From: Dudresnaya verticillata | Taxonomy: Eukaryota | Assembly: GCA_977862235.1 (NCBI GenBank) | Contig: OZ374560.1 | Location: forward strand, 1,364,001 to 1,428,000 | DNA: 64,000 nucleotides | Reading direction: 5' to 3' | Notes under the pieces: model-generated | What the model was told of the DNA's origin: nothing | Seen by the model: the letters and a program-made list of their open reading frames with translations, nothing else | Database searches by the model: none | Part shown: one piece after another, positions 12,154-24,569 of the stretch | How positions within the stretch are numbered: the stretch's first letter is position 1 | How the letters are laid out: the number at the start of each line of letters is the position of its first letter | Translations under genes and position numbers: made by a program

Positions 12154-12490
12154 ATGCCGTTCCTGGAATCCGTCTTCGCGTCTGCGCTCGGCTTCTTTAT
12201 TGCTGCGCATACGTCAGTCCAGTTCCTTCTCCTTGCCAAACTGCACCGGCTGCTACCCAGCGCCTCGCTGTCAAAGCGACAAGCTCGCGCTGGGCGCTCG
12301 TAATTCCGGTCGTTCTAACTTGGTCAACTAACTGCGGCATAGTGCTGCCTAACTGCACACCAACCCCCCCAACAGGATTCGATTTTTGAAGCTCATCCTC
12401 AAGATCAGAAGCAACTCCGCCATGCATGTTCCCGATTCAACGATATCCTCCTACCGGCTGCATGTTTACCCTGTTTACCGCATGAGTTAA
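12154..12490 (+). other. Possible short spliced gene or truncated gene remnant
   Basis: TATATAA at 12063 and GCCATG at 12154; candidate intron 12213-12375 (GTCAGT..CTAAC..CAG) gives MPFLESVFASALGFFIAAHTIRFLKLILKIR...; no firm family assignment. Confidence 0.25.
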
Positions 12491-13839
12491 AGTCAATTTC
12501 GTACTTGCTCCCAAAGTGAAGCAACTCACACATGCGCCAGCCTGCGGTTTCAAGCTCACTACTCGTCCCAAATCGTTTAGTCTGTACCTCCTGGTCGACC
12601 TGTGCTCGCTCTTGTCGGAGAGGTCTTGCGTCGGGCTCACTACGTGTAGTGGGGCCGCGGACTGTCCCGGGGGCTCCAACTCTCTGCCACACTCGAGACC
12701 TACTGTATACTTGCCGCCTGTGGGTAGCGGCTACTGCACTTGCCCATTCCTCCTGTAATCATCCCCCCGCCCTGCCGGCCGCTTTTACTGCACTACTGTA
12801 CTGTATCAACTGTACGAACAAGTATACAGTATGCCGAGTTTTAGGAAGTCTGTAACGTGGCACCCGGTGCGGGGGGTCTCAGTCAACTTCTAGCGGGCCA
12901 ATAGCTCCACTCTATACTCAACCAAAACTCGGCCCAAACATCATATGCTCAATCTCTGATAGGCTGGACTTTCCGACCAATACATTTACTCTATACTTGT
13001 TTTTTGACGGGGAAGTACCGTGGCACCCCGGGTCCCAGGGGTTTCATTCAAGTTGGTCCCCAGCCTGATGATTGGTCATCAGTGTTTCGCCCCAGCTAGT
13101 TGATTGACCGCTCTCGGCCAATCACCAGCCCTATATCCGTTTCGTCCCCAGCTAAAGACACGTGTCTCGCCTCTACGCCAATCATTCGGCTCCTTTTCTG
13201 TGTACATTTTCCCGCACCCCCAAACCCGTCGCTACGACATGGCGTGCCGCAGGGCGGGCTCGGCGCGCAGTAAACGTGTCAGATGTGACCGGTGTGACAA
13301 TGGTGACGAAGAAAAAAGGGCGGGCTAATCCGGCCGCCGTCCGCGGCTGATGATTTGGCGCGGCACGACAGGACGCGCCGGCGCTGTGGAAAAACCCTGA
13401 CATGTCCACCCCCCCACCCACACTTGGCCCCACCAACTGCAGTAGAATGGCCCTTGGCCACGTAGTCGGCGATAAAACGGCGCGACGTCTGTCCTGGGAC
13501 AAACACTCTCGGCGGGTGGTAGCTCAATGGAGAAGGGGAAAAGGGGTGTGATAGAGACTTGAATAGCGTGTAATACCCAGGAAAAAAGAAAATAGAAATC
13601 GAACCCTATAGCGTAGAGCAATCGTCGTACAGGATAGTGTGGTGCAAACTTCTGAAGACGAAACACCGCCGAGCAGTTCGGGGCTCGGTGGGTAGCAGCG
13701 CCCGTGGCAATGATTAGTCTCGCCTTGGGCGGCTTGTGGTAGAGCAGAGTACCCGCCTTGCGCGGACTGTAGACGCGCGAGGCGGAAAGGAAGGAAAAAG
13801 GGAGCCGAAAGGAAACACGTCAAGGACTGTGGTTGTGGT

Positions 13840-14495
13840 TGTGGTGTAGTGAAAACCCACGAACTCCGAGACGGACAGCTGGCCTGACTTTCCTTAACGG
13901 ACGAGATCAACACTACCTCCACGGGGTTGTAGAGCAGTTCGCATCGTAACGGGAGAACATCTAGCGGCTAACCGAGACGGATATTGGGAAGCAACAGACA
14001 AGGGGGTGGTACAAGTGCCGGGACGGACTCCGTAACGGTGGTGGTGGTAGACCGCAACGGGCTCGGCGCGGGGAAAACCGTAAAGGATTGGGCTAAGGTT
14101 GCTTACCCGTTTACCTTAGGAGCCGCTGCGGTGCCGCCCTGATATACAAGTCAGGGTGGCACCGAGCGGTCCGGTCCGTGGGGGCCAGACCCTAGTGGTC
14201 TGGACCCATGGTGGAATCGGCCCTGCTGGTCCCAATCTCCGACACGGACATGCGCAGCATTCTCATTGGCTGGCGCGCTACTCTACACACTGTACAGATA
14301 CTCACTAAAAATAAAGAATAAATACTACAAATACTCCGCTGCGGTTGGTGCGCTCCACTGCTGCACAACAATGTACGCCATCATACAACAATGCACCCAA
14401 AGCAGACATGGATACACGTGCACAAATCCCACAATGGTTCAGGCCACACTATATGCATTTCCACCGTTTCGGATGCCGAATCTCACTTCACCACA
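13840..14495 (-). repeat. Gypsy-1 3' LTR
   Basis: Near-identical to 22287-22942; preceded on the minus strand by the PPT CCATTTAAGGAGGGGGG (14514-14498). Confidence 0.95.
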
Positions 14496-15780
14496 GACCC
14501 CCCTCCTTAAATGGCGCCACGTCCTCGTGCGCCCACCTTGATGGAGTTGCGACTTGGGTCCGATGCACGGTCAACGAATTCGAGCAGCTTTTCCAGGTCC
14601 TTCGTCAACTGCTCTACTGCCGCCACGGTTTCCTTCGATGCGTTGGGAAACCCCACGCACCTCCAAGACCAGGACTTCCGTCACGGAGAATAACCAAATC
14701 GCGCTTGACGCGAGTGTCGCGCGCCATCCGCAAGGATTACTTGCCCAGGCTGGTCACCAGTCTTCGGCCTCATAAAACATCCGCAACGGGTTCCTCCAGT
14801 GCGTCAGCGGAGCAGGCGCCAGATCTTACCCCTCTTTCACCGTAACGGGAGTGCAATCCAGACACCTCACAGATAGCCGTATTTGCAAAAATCCGACATG
14901 GGGGTCCTACCACACATAAAGGAGCAAACACTTTTGGAGAGTGTTGCTCTCACCGTAGCGGAATTAGTTTCCCCAACGGTCTGCTCGAACGCGCAGTCGA
15001 TTACGCTCCCATATCCACAATGGACAATTCGTACTCCGATCGGATGACGGTACTTCACACCCGCTACCTCCTGACGGAAGTTGTTCCGACTTGGGTGGCG
15101 AGAAGTTGGGGGGCTAGATACGCCACAAACCGTCGCAGGCGGCGTGTTTCAGGAATCCGTAGCGGTTACAGGCGAATACCTTCACTCCTGCCCTTATGAG
15201 ACACACCACGAACCTCTTCCTCTTGAGATGAACCCAACCCGCGACGGTGTTAATATATTATTTTCAATATAATAATATATTGAAAATAGTAATATTAACA
15301 TCAATATTAATATATTCCCCAGGACTCTGAGAAGAATAATGAGACCGAGGAATTATCCTGTACCGTCGCGGAAGGGGCCGTTCTTGGCCCAAACGTGCTG
15401 GGGCGGCCGCCCATCGCAAGAAAAAGGCGTGCCCCTCCCGGAAAGGTCGACGACGAACACCGTTACGGTGGCTGACGGGGTGTTCAGAGCGATTTCCGTG
15501 ACGGAAGAGAGCCGCGTAAGCGGTGGAACCTGGGCAAAGTACGGCAGCTGCGATATTGTGGAAAAACGAGAGTACCGTTTCGGGAAATAGGTCGCGTCAT
15601 CAGCAGGGTACGCGACCCACGCTGGCAAAATCCGTGAAGGAGCGGTATGCCCCAGTTTGAGCAGCAACGACATCCCGTAACGGTAGCAGGCGTCGACAAG
15701 ACGCAGTTCCCGTAACCGGGTCGCCACATCGCGGGGAGTTGCGATTACCGCAAGCGACAGTAGCTTGTTTTCCGTTACGG

Positions 15781-18700
15781 TTAGCGGCGTGCCTTGGCTG
15801 GGCGTCGCAGTGGCTTTCCCTTAGCGGAGCTCTTTCGTTTTTGTTTCCAATAGCGGTAGATGAAGTTCTGCGGCAATTCCTCGGCGGGTTCGTAGGTATC
15901 CTGATCCGGAGGGTAACCATACCAGCGGACTTTGTACGTCATCCCAGTAGGTTCGTCGCGGTGACCGACAATCTTGTCGATCACATATTCTGTATCGGCT
16001 TGCAGTGGTTCCGTCGCGGAGGGAGTAGTACCTTCAGAAGGAGGTACTACTGTAGTACCTTCTGGATGTGGTACTACTTCTCCGTAGACGGTTGATGGCG
16101 TGACAGACGGCACTGTTAAGGGTGCCGGCTGAACCGCAACTCCGATCGGAACTTTCGTGATGCGATCGATACTTACGGGGATCAATACCCCTTCCTTGCG
16201 GATTGTAACGACATGGTCCGTTGCGGATTCCACTCCATAAGGCCCCGTGGCTCTCGGAAGGAGTTTCTTCATTTCCTGAGCCACGAGCGATTGTCTTATT
16301 AAATCGCTCAGCTTGCCCATTTGTCTGCGGATGGTAGGCAGCGGTGAGCAGGTGCCTGACTCCGAGTAAGGAACACACCGCGTCGAAGAACTTAGCAGTA
16401 AACTGCGGTCCGTTATCGGTTAGGACAAATTGGGGTGCGCCGTAGGCGTACAGCCAAAATTCCAGAAAGGCGTTAGCCACCACAACGGCTGTTGTTGTCC
16501 GTAACGGAATACAGCGCATCAGCTTAGAGAACCGATCGGTTATTACCAGAACGTAGACATAACCCCGTTTTGTCTTCGGAAGTGGCCCGAGAATGTCGAT
16601 AGCGACAAATTCCAAAGGTCCGCTAGCGGGGAAAAGTTTCATAAATCTTTGATTCTGAAAGCGGGTTCCCTTTGTCTTCACGCAGGAGCGACATGTCCGA
16701 ACGGATTCAAATACGTCATTGGCCATATGAGGCCAATAATAATCCTGTCGGAGTGTATAATACATCTTAATGCCGCCTGGGTGACCCGACATCAGGGTGT
16801 AGTGGGATAAATACAATACCCGTCCACGGAGTTCGCTTGGCACCACCTTCTGTAGAGCGCCATCCAATTGGGACTTGCGTACCAAGAATCCGTTACGGTC
16901 ATAGTCAAACTGTGATCCAGGGGAGCCTACCGTATCGGCTTTGAGACGGCAGAAAGGGTCTCTGGCTTGCGCTTCGAGGAACTCCTCCCTGGTAATTGTC
17001 TCATCCTTAACGTCGGATTCTTGGATTACAGTAAACCGTGACGGTATTGCGTCAGGCTTATCAGGGGAGGCGGATGCGCTCCCACTGGCGGGCTCCACGG
17101 CGCATATTACGTTATTTTCCGTAGCGGTTTCTTGTGAGGTAGCCCAATCGGTTAAATAAACTCCATGTTCATATAATCCGTCGACGGTATTTTCGGCGAT
17201 AAAGCAGGGTATCTCTTCATCCAAAGGTCTATCGTCACCGCCATCCGTTCGGAGTCGCGACATCCCATCGGCGAGTTGGTGCTTAATTCCAGGACGGTAT
17301 TGCACCTCAAATTCAAATTCCGATAGGCGGAGCCTCCACCTGGCAAGGCGGCCAGATGAGTCTGCGAGGTTCAAGATCCACCGCAGGGCATCGTGATCCG
17401 TTCGGAGAATAAACTTGTCATCGTAAAGGTAGGGTCGGAGTGTTAACATGCTCCAGATCACGGCTAAGCATTCCTTTTCGGTTGTCGTATAATTTTTCTC
17501 CGCATCGGTGAGGCTTCGGCTCCAGTATCCAATAGGGAGGTGATCACCATTCGGTTGTTCTTGCAGAAGGACACAGCCGACTTGGTGGTGACATGCGTCA
17601 GTGTCCAACGTATATTTATATCCGTGACGGGGTAGAGCCAATATAGGTGGAGAGATAAGGCGTCTCTTCAGTTCCTCGAAGGCTTCATATTCCGTATCGG
17701 ATAAAATCCCAAACTCAAAGGGTGAGCCCTTGCCGGTTTTCTTATTTAGCGGTGCTGAAATCCGAGCGAAGTTGGGTACAAAACGACGATACACGTTGCA
17801 CATTCCCAAGAAGGATCGCAATTCCGTTTGGTTAGTCGGTGGCTTCGCGACCTTAACGGATTGGATATTCCGATTATCCACTTCTAATTTTCCGGGACGG
17901 ATAACATGCCCCAGGTATTGTACAGACGCGTTGAAGAAGTCACACTTTGACAATTTCAACGTTACCCCAGCGGATCGTAAAAGCGTAAGGACTTCCTTCA
18001 GGTGGTGGAAATGTTCCGTAACGGTTTTTGAGTAGACAATTACATCGTCTAGGTAGACGAGGGCAAATTGCCATTTAACCGTAGAAAGGATTATATCCAC
18101 TGCCCGTTGGAAGGTTGCCGGTGCATTTTTCAATCCGAATGGCATTCTCCGAAAACGGTATAAGCCAAAGTGGCTAGTGAAGGTAGTTTTGTCCCTTTCC
18201 TCTTCCGGAATCTCGACTCGCCAATATCCGCTATTGCAATCCAGGGTGGTAAATACAGTAGCTTCCCCAAGGGAATCTATGCATTCATCCATCCTGGGCA
18301 AGGGATATGAGTCCCTAACCGTTACGGAATTGAGCCTTCTATAGTCAACACAGAACCGCATGGTGCCGTCCTTTTCTGGAACGAAAACTACGGGGCTGGC
18401 CCACTCCGATGAGGCTGGTTCAATTACCTTAGCGGAAAGCATGCGATCGATCTCTGTCTTTTCGAGATCTCGCTGCTTATGTCCGGCACGGTATGGGGCT
18501 TGGTATACTGGCTTAGCTCCGGGAGTTAACTCGATGCGGTGCTTGGCAGCTGTAATGTTGCCAAGATCGCCACTCCACATCGACGTATATTCCTCGAGTA
18601 GGGTTAAAATCCGTTTGCGGAGCGATGCTTCTTCTGTGCCGATCTGGACTTGATCCTTCCAGTCGGTAGTATTTGTATTTTCCGTTACGGGTTTGCTTAC

Positions 18701-19609
18701 TTCCTTGTCGTGAGGGGAGATGCTGCTGGCCTTTTCGGAGGTAGGGTTAGAATTAAATGATTGAATAATTCCTCCCCCCTCCTTAAATGGAGGTATACCG
18801 TCAACGGTAAAAATAGCAGAGGGGGCAGCAGTAGCGAGGCCCACGACAGTAGATTTGGGCAACCGTACCGGCTTGTTAGAAAAATTAGAGACCCAGATCC
18901 GAAACGGTTTGTTAGGTACAACATCCATAATACCATTAGCCATTAACGTAAGGTGCTTAAAAGCCGGCTTAGGATGATTTTGTAGAAAGCATAACCCACC
19001 CGTGGGGGTATTAACCGTTACGGTGGTTTGAGTCATAGGGGGAATAAGGGTAGATTTTGCTAAACGAATTTTCTGAGAAACCGTAGCGGTGGAGAGAAGT
19101 GAGGGCTGTAGGGTTGCAGTGGTTCCCGTCTTCGGAATTTTGGCTTGACCAACAAGGGATACCGGTGGGTAATGATGAAAAACAACTTTCCGTAACGGAG
19201 GGAGTATTGCCTTCACGTAGCGGTCGATGAAGGTAGTTCCCAAAATACAGGGAGCCGCCAAGTTCGCGACCACTAGAAAATGGACGCGAGCACGGAGCTC
19301 TCCGATACGGACGAAAAGCTGGATCTGACCAAGAGGGCGTATAGCGAGATTAGACGCATCCCGTAATGGAGGACTGGCTGCTGGGCGTATGAGTGGGAGC
19401 CATTGGCGCGGAAGGCGCCTGGCACTAATGAGATTGGGCCCAGCGCCAGAGTCCAAGACGGAGATTAAAGGAAGCATCACGCTATCTGTCCGTCCCACGG
19501 TAATTTGCATCTTGTAATTTTGATGTTGCATAAAGCAGATAGTATCATTGGTCTGATAAGCCAATGGGAGTTCCGTAACGGTATCTCGCCGATCCCCTGG
19601 CGGGTCCAC
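15781..19609 (-). pseudogene. pol: Gypsy-1 Pol (PR-RT-RH-IN-chromodomain) with an internal deletion and frameshift in integrase near 16285
   Basis: LDSGA protease, YLDD RT, DTDA RNase H, HHCC and IDILGP/TDNG/AERFN integrase. The sequence jumps to GPY and the chromodomain EYVIDKIVGH..YKVRWYGY..DTYEP in another frame. Confidence 0.9.
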
Positions 19610-19653
19610 ACTCGCGAGAGGTGGAACGCCGTGAGGCGGGGATGGCGGCGCCC

Positions 19654-22134
19654 TTACGCATCCCCCCTTGAGTTTTCCGAATTCAAGGTTGCACCAGTCG
19701 GATCCGCCTCCATGGACTCGCGCAATTCTGCTAGTTCCACTCCGTCATGGTCCTCCACCGATAGTATCGGGGCATTCCGTTGCGGAGGGGGCGTTTGCGG
19801 TCTGCTCCGATTCCCTTGCGGAGTCGAACTGGTTCCTACTACGAACCTGCGACCTACAGGGTAGTGCTTCTGGAAGTTGCGCTCACGCTCTTCCATAAGC
19901 CTAACCCGATCGGCGTCATGTATCAATGGGCAAACAACGTGCTCTGGCGAAAGGCAGATGCGACAGTTACCACTTCCGTAAAGGCGTCGGACCCGAGGAT
20001 CCGACTCATCCCGTAGCGGAGGAGCTGGTTGCTGCTGTCCTCGCCCATCGTGGGCATTATTTCCGTAACGGTGACTCGGCTGCTGTTGGGGGCCAGGAGC
20101 CGGGCGAGATCCACCATAGGGGGGACCTTGCGCGCGTGGCATCCTGGGCGGAGTAGGGTGGACGCTTTGCGGGGGCGAGGAGTACGGGGTAGAAAAGGTA
20201 ACCCCCGTTCTCGTTCCCGTAGCGGCACCGTGGCCTCCCTCGACGGCTAGCACTTGATTATACGTAGCGTAAAGATTCCCTTGCGGCTCATAGTGTACAT
20301 CCGATACGGAATCCAGCGACAACACCTTAGACGGGCGCGCTGCAGTGCGCCCATCAAGGACGTGAGCCGGAACGATTTGGCGTCGAGCTGCCCGATGGGA
20401 CTGACCCAGGCCAGTCGCATAGCGAGTGATGGCCTGGTAATCCAACTGGGAATGCGTCGCTAGATAATTTCTCATCTGTTGACGAGTACCCGGTAGGAGT
20501 CCTTCAACGAACAATGACTTCAATGCCCGATCGGAAAATACTGTACCGCAACGGAGAGCCTTGGCCCAGAGCTGGTTCGAGAACTGCTCTTCCGTCATGG
20601 CGGATGTTTGCCTGAAGTTGCTGACATCCGTATAGGCTTCCGCAATCACTTCATCCGTAGCGTAGGTTCTCAATAAAAAGTTCACCACCTCGGAATATGT
20701 GCGGAGCATCTCGGCCTGCTCCACGTCAACCGCCATGGTACCTCCAGCAAGCCTAGCCTGTAGAAGGGCTTCGGCCTGTCCTTTAAGGAAAAACTGGAAG
20801 CACCAGACGGCAACCCCTTCGGCGATGCCGTTGATGTTACAACCGTCACGGAACTTGGCGAGAAATCCCAAGACGGTAATAGGGTCCGTCCCATCGAATG
20901 TATGGGACGACATCTGGACGTAGAGTTTCTTCCGTATACGGCTCATGTTCTGTGAGAACTTAGACCCGTATGTCTTACTCCTCTTATCCAATCGGTAGGT
21001 GCGGTAATCTAGCGCCTTGACAAACTTGTCATGTAGCGGCCGGATTACCTTCACCTTTCCGGATTTGGCACCGTGTTTTCTGGCCCGGTGCCTATTCTCT
21101 CTATCCGTTACGGAAGAACTCTCTAAGTCTGAATCCGTAGAGGTAGAGGAGTCATGCCCTTTTTCGCGTTTCCGCGATCTTTTGTTTCTCCTCTTGCGGC
21201 GGCGGTGTTGGCTATCCTCTGAGCTGCTCTCATTGGATTCCTTACCGGATTGGTGGCGTCGTCGCTGGGTGTGGTCGCCCATGTGCGACCGACGGGGAGG
21301 GTCAGAGCGGGAGTGTCGGGCATCTCGTTTATGCCGACCTCGACCGGTCCTCCGACTCGGATGGGGTGAGCTGGACGCATCGCTGAGATGGTCGCTGCCT
21401 CCACCTGATCGAACCGGAACGGTATAGCGCTCTTGCTGATAGCGCCCTGGCGTAGGCATATCTACGTGTCCAGGTGAATACCGTAACGGTGGCTGAGTGT
21501 GTGTTGGTCCCGTAGGGGCGTATTGATGTTGAGAATCCGTTACGGGAGCCGGTGGCAGTGGCCCAGAGGGTACTGTGCCCGGCGGCAATCCCATAACGGG
21601 GGGTTGTTGCGGCTGCTGCGTTCTTCCCTCGACCGGGAAGTCATTCCGTAACGGTGGTTGCTCAGTAAAAGCTTCCGTAGCGGGAGGCCTTGCCATGCCG
21701 GGAGCAATCTGGCTCTCGAGCTCGGCGGCCACCTTTTCCTGTAGGATCAAAGCTTGCACTATCCGAGGAAGGTGCTGCCCCAGATAGGAATTAACCAAAG
21801 ACGGAACAGTTTCCGAGAGGGATATGTCCACCTCTTTTACCATTCCAGGTTTTACTTCCAATCGGAGATGCTCTAACACCCTAGGAAGGACCTCCGACAG
21901 GACCCAGTGGACCCGATGGGATTCAGGCTTGGGTTGCGGAGCTGCCTTCTTGGAGGCGTCTGATCCGACACGGGAACGGTGAGCTTTACCAGCAGCACCC
22001 TTTAGGATGTCTTCTGGGTTCTCCACTCCGGAACGGATTTCACCTCCTTCACTGCGCAGACTGCGCGCAGCGGGGGTAGTGTCACCCGCTTTAGGTTCCG
22101 TAACGGGAGGGTCTGCATGTTCTTCGTTCTGCAT
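19654..22134 (-). CDS. gag: Gypsy-1 Gag
   Basis: 826 aa; FDGTDPITVLGFL capsid-like region homologous to Gypsy-2 Gag; degenerate Zn knuckle CRICLSPEH..C. Confidence 0.85.
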   Translation of the reverse strand: MQNEEHADPPVTEPKAGDTTPAARSLRSEGGEIRSGVENPEDILKGAAGKAHRSRVGSDASKKAAPQPKPESHRVHWVLSEVLPRVLEHLRLEVKPGMVKEVDISLSETVPSLVNSYLGQHLPRIVQALILQEKVAAELESQIAPGMARPPATEAFTEQPPLRNDFPVEGRTQQPQQPPVMGLPPGTVPSGPLPPAPVTDSQHQYAPTGPTHTQPPLRYSPGHVDMPTPGRYQQERYTVPVRSGGGSDHLSDASSSPHPSRRTGRGRHKRDARHSRSDPPRRSHMGDHTQRRRHQSGKESNESSSEDSQHRRRKRRNKRSRKREKGHDSSTSTDSDLESSSVTDRENRHRARKHGAKSGKVKVIRPLHDKFVKALDYRTYRLDKRSKTYGSKFSQNMSRIRKKLYVQMSSHTFDGTDPITVLGFLAKFRDGCNINGIAEGVAVWCFQFFLKGQAEALLQARLAGGTMAVDVEQAEMLRTYSEVVNFLLRTYATDEVIAEAYTDVSNFRQTSAMTEEQFSNQLWAKALRCGTVFSDRALKSLFVEGLLPGTRQQMRNYLATHSQLDYQAITRYATGLGQSHRAARRQIVPAHVLDGRTAARPSKVLSLDSVSDVHYEPQGNLYATYNQVLAVEGGHGAATGTRTGVTFSTPYSSPPQSVHPTPPRMPRAQGPPYGGSRPAPGPQQQPSHRYGNNAHDGRGQQQPAPPLRDESDPRVRRLYGSGNCRICLSPEHVVCPLIHDADRVRLMEERERNFQKHYPVGRRFVVGTSSTPQGNRSRPQTPPPQRNAPILSVEDHDGVELAELRESMEADPTGATLNSENSRGDA

Positions 22135-22286
22135 GATACCTTAACGGAACAGAACGGTTGTTCTTGCTTGTCTATCCAATATTCCGTAACGGATTGTCGG
22201 TACAGCCGAATTCCTACCGTAGCGGATTTCGACGGCTGTTTCTTCCTTCCAACCGTGACGGTGTTCTAGGTCGGGAGACCAAAAGA

Positions 22287-22942
22287 TGTGGTGTAGTGAA
22301 ATCCCACGAACTCCGAGACGGACAGCTGGCCTGACTTTCCTTAACGGACGAGAGCAACACTACCTCCACGGGGTGGTAGAGCAGTTCGCACCGTAACGGG
22401 AGAACAGCTAGCGGCTAACCGAGACGGATATTGGGAAGCAACAGACAAGGGGGTGGTACAAGTACCGGGACGGACTCCGTAACGGTGGTGGTGGTAGACC
22501 GCAACGGGCTCGGCGCGGGGAAAACCGTAAAGGATTGGGCTAAGGTTGCTTACCCGTTTACCTTAGGAGCCGCTGCGGTGCCGCCCTGATATACAAGTCA
22601 GGGTGGCACCGAGCGGTCCGGTCCGTGGGGGCCAGACCCTAGTGGTCTGGACCCATGGTGGAATCGGCCCTGCTGGTCCCAATCTCCGACACGGACATGC
22701 GCAGCATTCTCATTGGCTGGCGCGCTACTCTACACACTGTACAGATACTCACTAAAAATAAAGAATAAATACTACAAATACTCCGCTGCGGTTGGTGCGC
22801 TCCACTGCTGCACAACAATGTACGCCATCATACAACAATGCACCCAAAGCCGACACGGATACACGTGCACAAATCCCACAATGGTTCAGGCCACACTATA
22901 TGCATTTCCACCGTTTCGGATGCCGAATCTCACTTCACCACA
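22287..22942 (-). repeat. Gypsy-1 5' LTR
   Basis: Followed on the minus strand by the PBS-like TGGTCTCCCGACCT (~22281-22268). Confidence 0.95.
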
Positions 22943-23745
22943 GTGGTATAGACGCTATTCGTGAAATGACTCCGTGATCTACGTGAAAATAACCGAGAAA
23001 TACGAATATTAAAGTAACTTCGTGAATACGCACGCCACGATGGCACACGTATTACAGACCGCATACCGCGCGCGCGCCACGATGGCATACGCATTACAGC
23101 ACGCACGTGATACGAAATCGCTGACACCTCCGGATGAATCACGATCCGACTTCATGATCGCGCGTGCCACGATGTCATTCGCATTACAGCGCGCACCCGA
23201 TACGAAATCGCTGACAGCTTCGTGACTTCCCGTTGTTTCCCGCGCGTAACGGCACCGGGGCCCACGAGACACGCGTACCTCCGTATGCATCGCTGGCGCA
23301 CTTCGCAACCGCCATTATACGTGAGGCAACCGTTCGTTGGCACCGAGGCCGTTACGAATCATTCGAGTACGAACCGTCTCCCGCGTTGACGCGCATTCGT
23401 GCTAACGTAGTACTACTTAGTAGCCAGTCGTCTGGCACAACCTCCGAGGGTTCCCGACAAGCGACTAGCGCCCAGACCTCGGAGTCTTCCGTAAACGCTT
23501 CTTTCTTCGAGTTCAGTGTCTTCGTCTTCGTGACCGCGGATACGGTCGAGCCTCGCTTTCGATAGCCCCGCGCACCCGGCGTCATCCCCGGTGATCGATC
23601 GCTCGAGTTCTCCCTTCAGCACACGAATACGTTGATACCGTGGTCCTTCGTGTTGGTCGCTCCGCTCTACCACGCTACCACCTCTTTTCGTTTCTCCGTT
23701 AGGCTACGAGGCCATTCGTTAGGCTCCGAGGCCATTCGTTACAGT

Positions 23746-24569
23746 TGTAGTGCGAGGGGGGGTCCCCCGTTTTCGCTTTCAAGCGTTGATATGAAGCGTC
23801 TACCGACGGACGACCGCCAACGGCGCGCTCAACCCGCCCGCGGCGCAAACACGTCACCGACGCATGCCGCTGGCCACGTGGGCCAGAACGGCTCGCTGGG
23901 CGTGCAGACCGCACGCCTGAACCCGGCCACTGTACGGCGCCACGCGTACGCGCGTGGCGCAGTGGCGGGAACGTTCGCTGTAAGCGTGGCCCGAATCCGG
24001 ACTGGATCGGGATTGGTGCGGATCGAGATCGCTCGCGCCATGGGGCGCATGCGGCTGTAAGGAAAGGATCCACGTGTGAGTGTAAGGATTCGAGCGGGGA
24101 AGCTACGCGTGATCTGTCAGGAGCGCGGCTGCATGACGGACGGATCTGTCAGACGCGCCTCGGGACAACACGTGTCCCGAGTTCCCGCGTTACGCGTACA
24201 TCCGCGTCGCCGCCGCTAGGTAATCCTGTACTTAGTTGATCCGTCTCAGACGTCACAGTAAACCCCGGCAAGCCGGCCTTGGTCCAGACTTCCCCGTTCC
24301 GCACGCGCGTACCCTACCGCTGCCTACGGCTAAGCGTCTACCTCCCCTCCCGTGCTTCCACGTATACCATCGCCCTTGACGTGTTCCCTTTCTGTTTCCT
24401 TTTCCCTTCCTTCACACTTTCCGCCTCGGGCGTCTACAGTCCGCCCAAGGCGTGTTCCTTCGCTCTACCAACAAGTCGCCCACGGCGGGACCACCCCATC
24501 GCCAAGGGCGCAGCTACCCACCGAGTCCCGAACTGCTCGGCGGTGTCCGTCAACGACGTTTGCACTACA
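23746..24569 (+). repeat. Gypsy-2 5' LTR (824 bp)
   Basis: Matches 57364-58280 except for a ~100-bp segment between two TGGCCCGAATCCG repeats. Confidence 0.95.

Larger units (their letters stand above)
13840..22942 (-). mobile_element. Gypsy-1: Ty3/Gypsy chromovirus LTR retrotransposon with a partly deleted integrase
   Basis: Two 656-bp LTRs with ~8 mismatches seen; TGTGGTG..CACCACA ends; TSD GTGGT at 13835-13839 and 22943-22947; gag, pol and chromodomain present. Confidence 0.95.

Noticed and set aside
12851..13632. Possible further outer LTR (TGTAAC start, CCAAT and TATA-like boxes) continuing at 59006-59115
   Set aside because: No CA terminus or matching TSD could be confirmed.
23030..23220. 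Spaced repeats (GCCACGATG..ATTACAG) resembling an array
   Set aside because: Only ~3 degenerate copies inside solo LTR B; ordinary LTR subrepeats.
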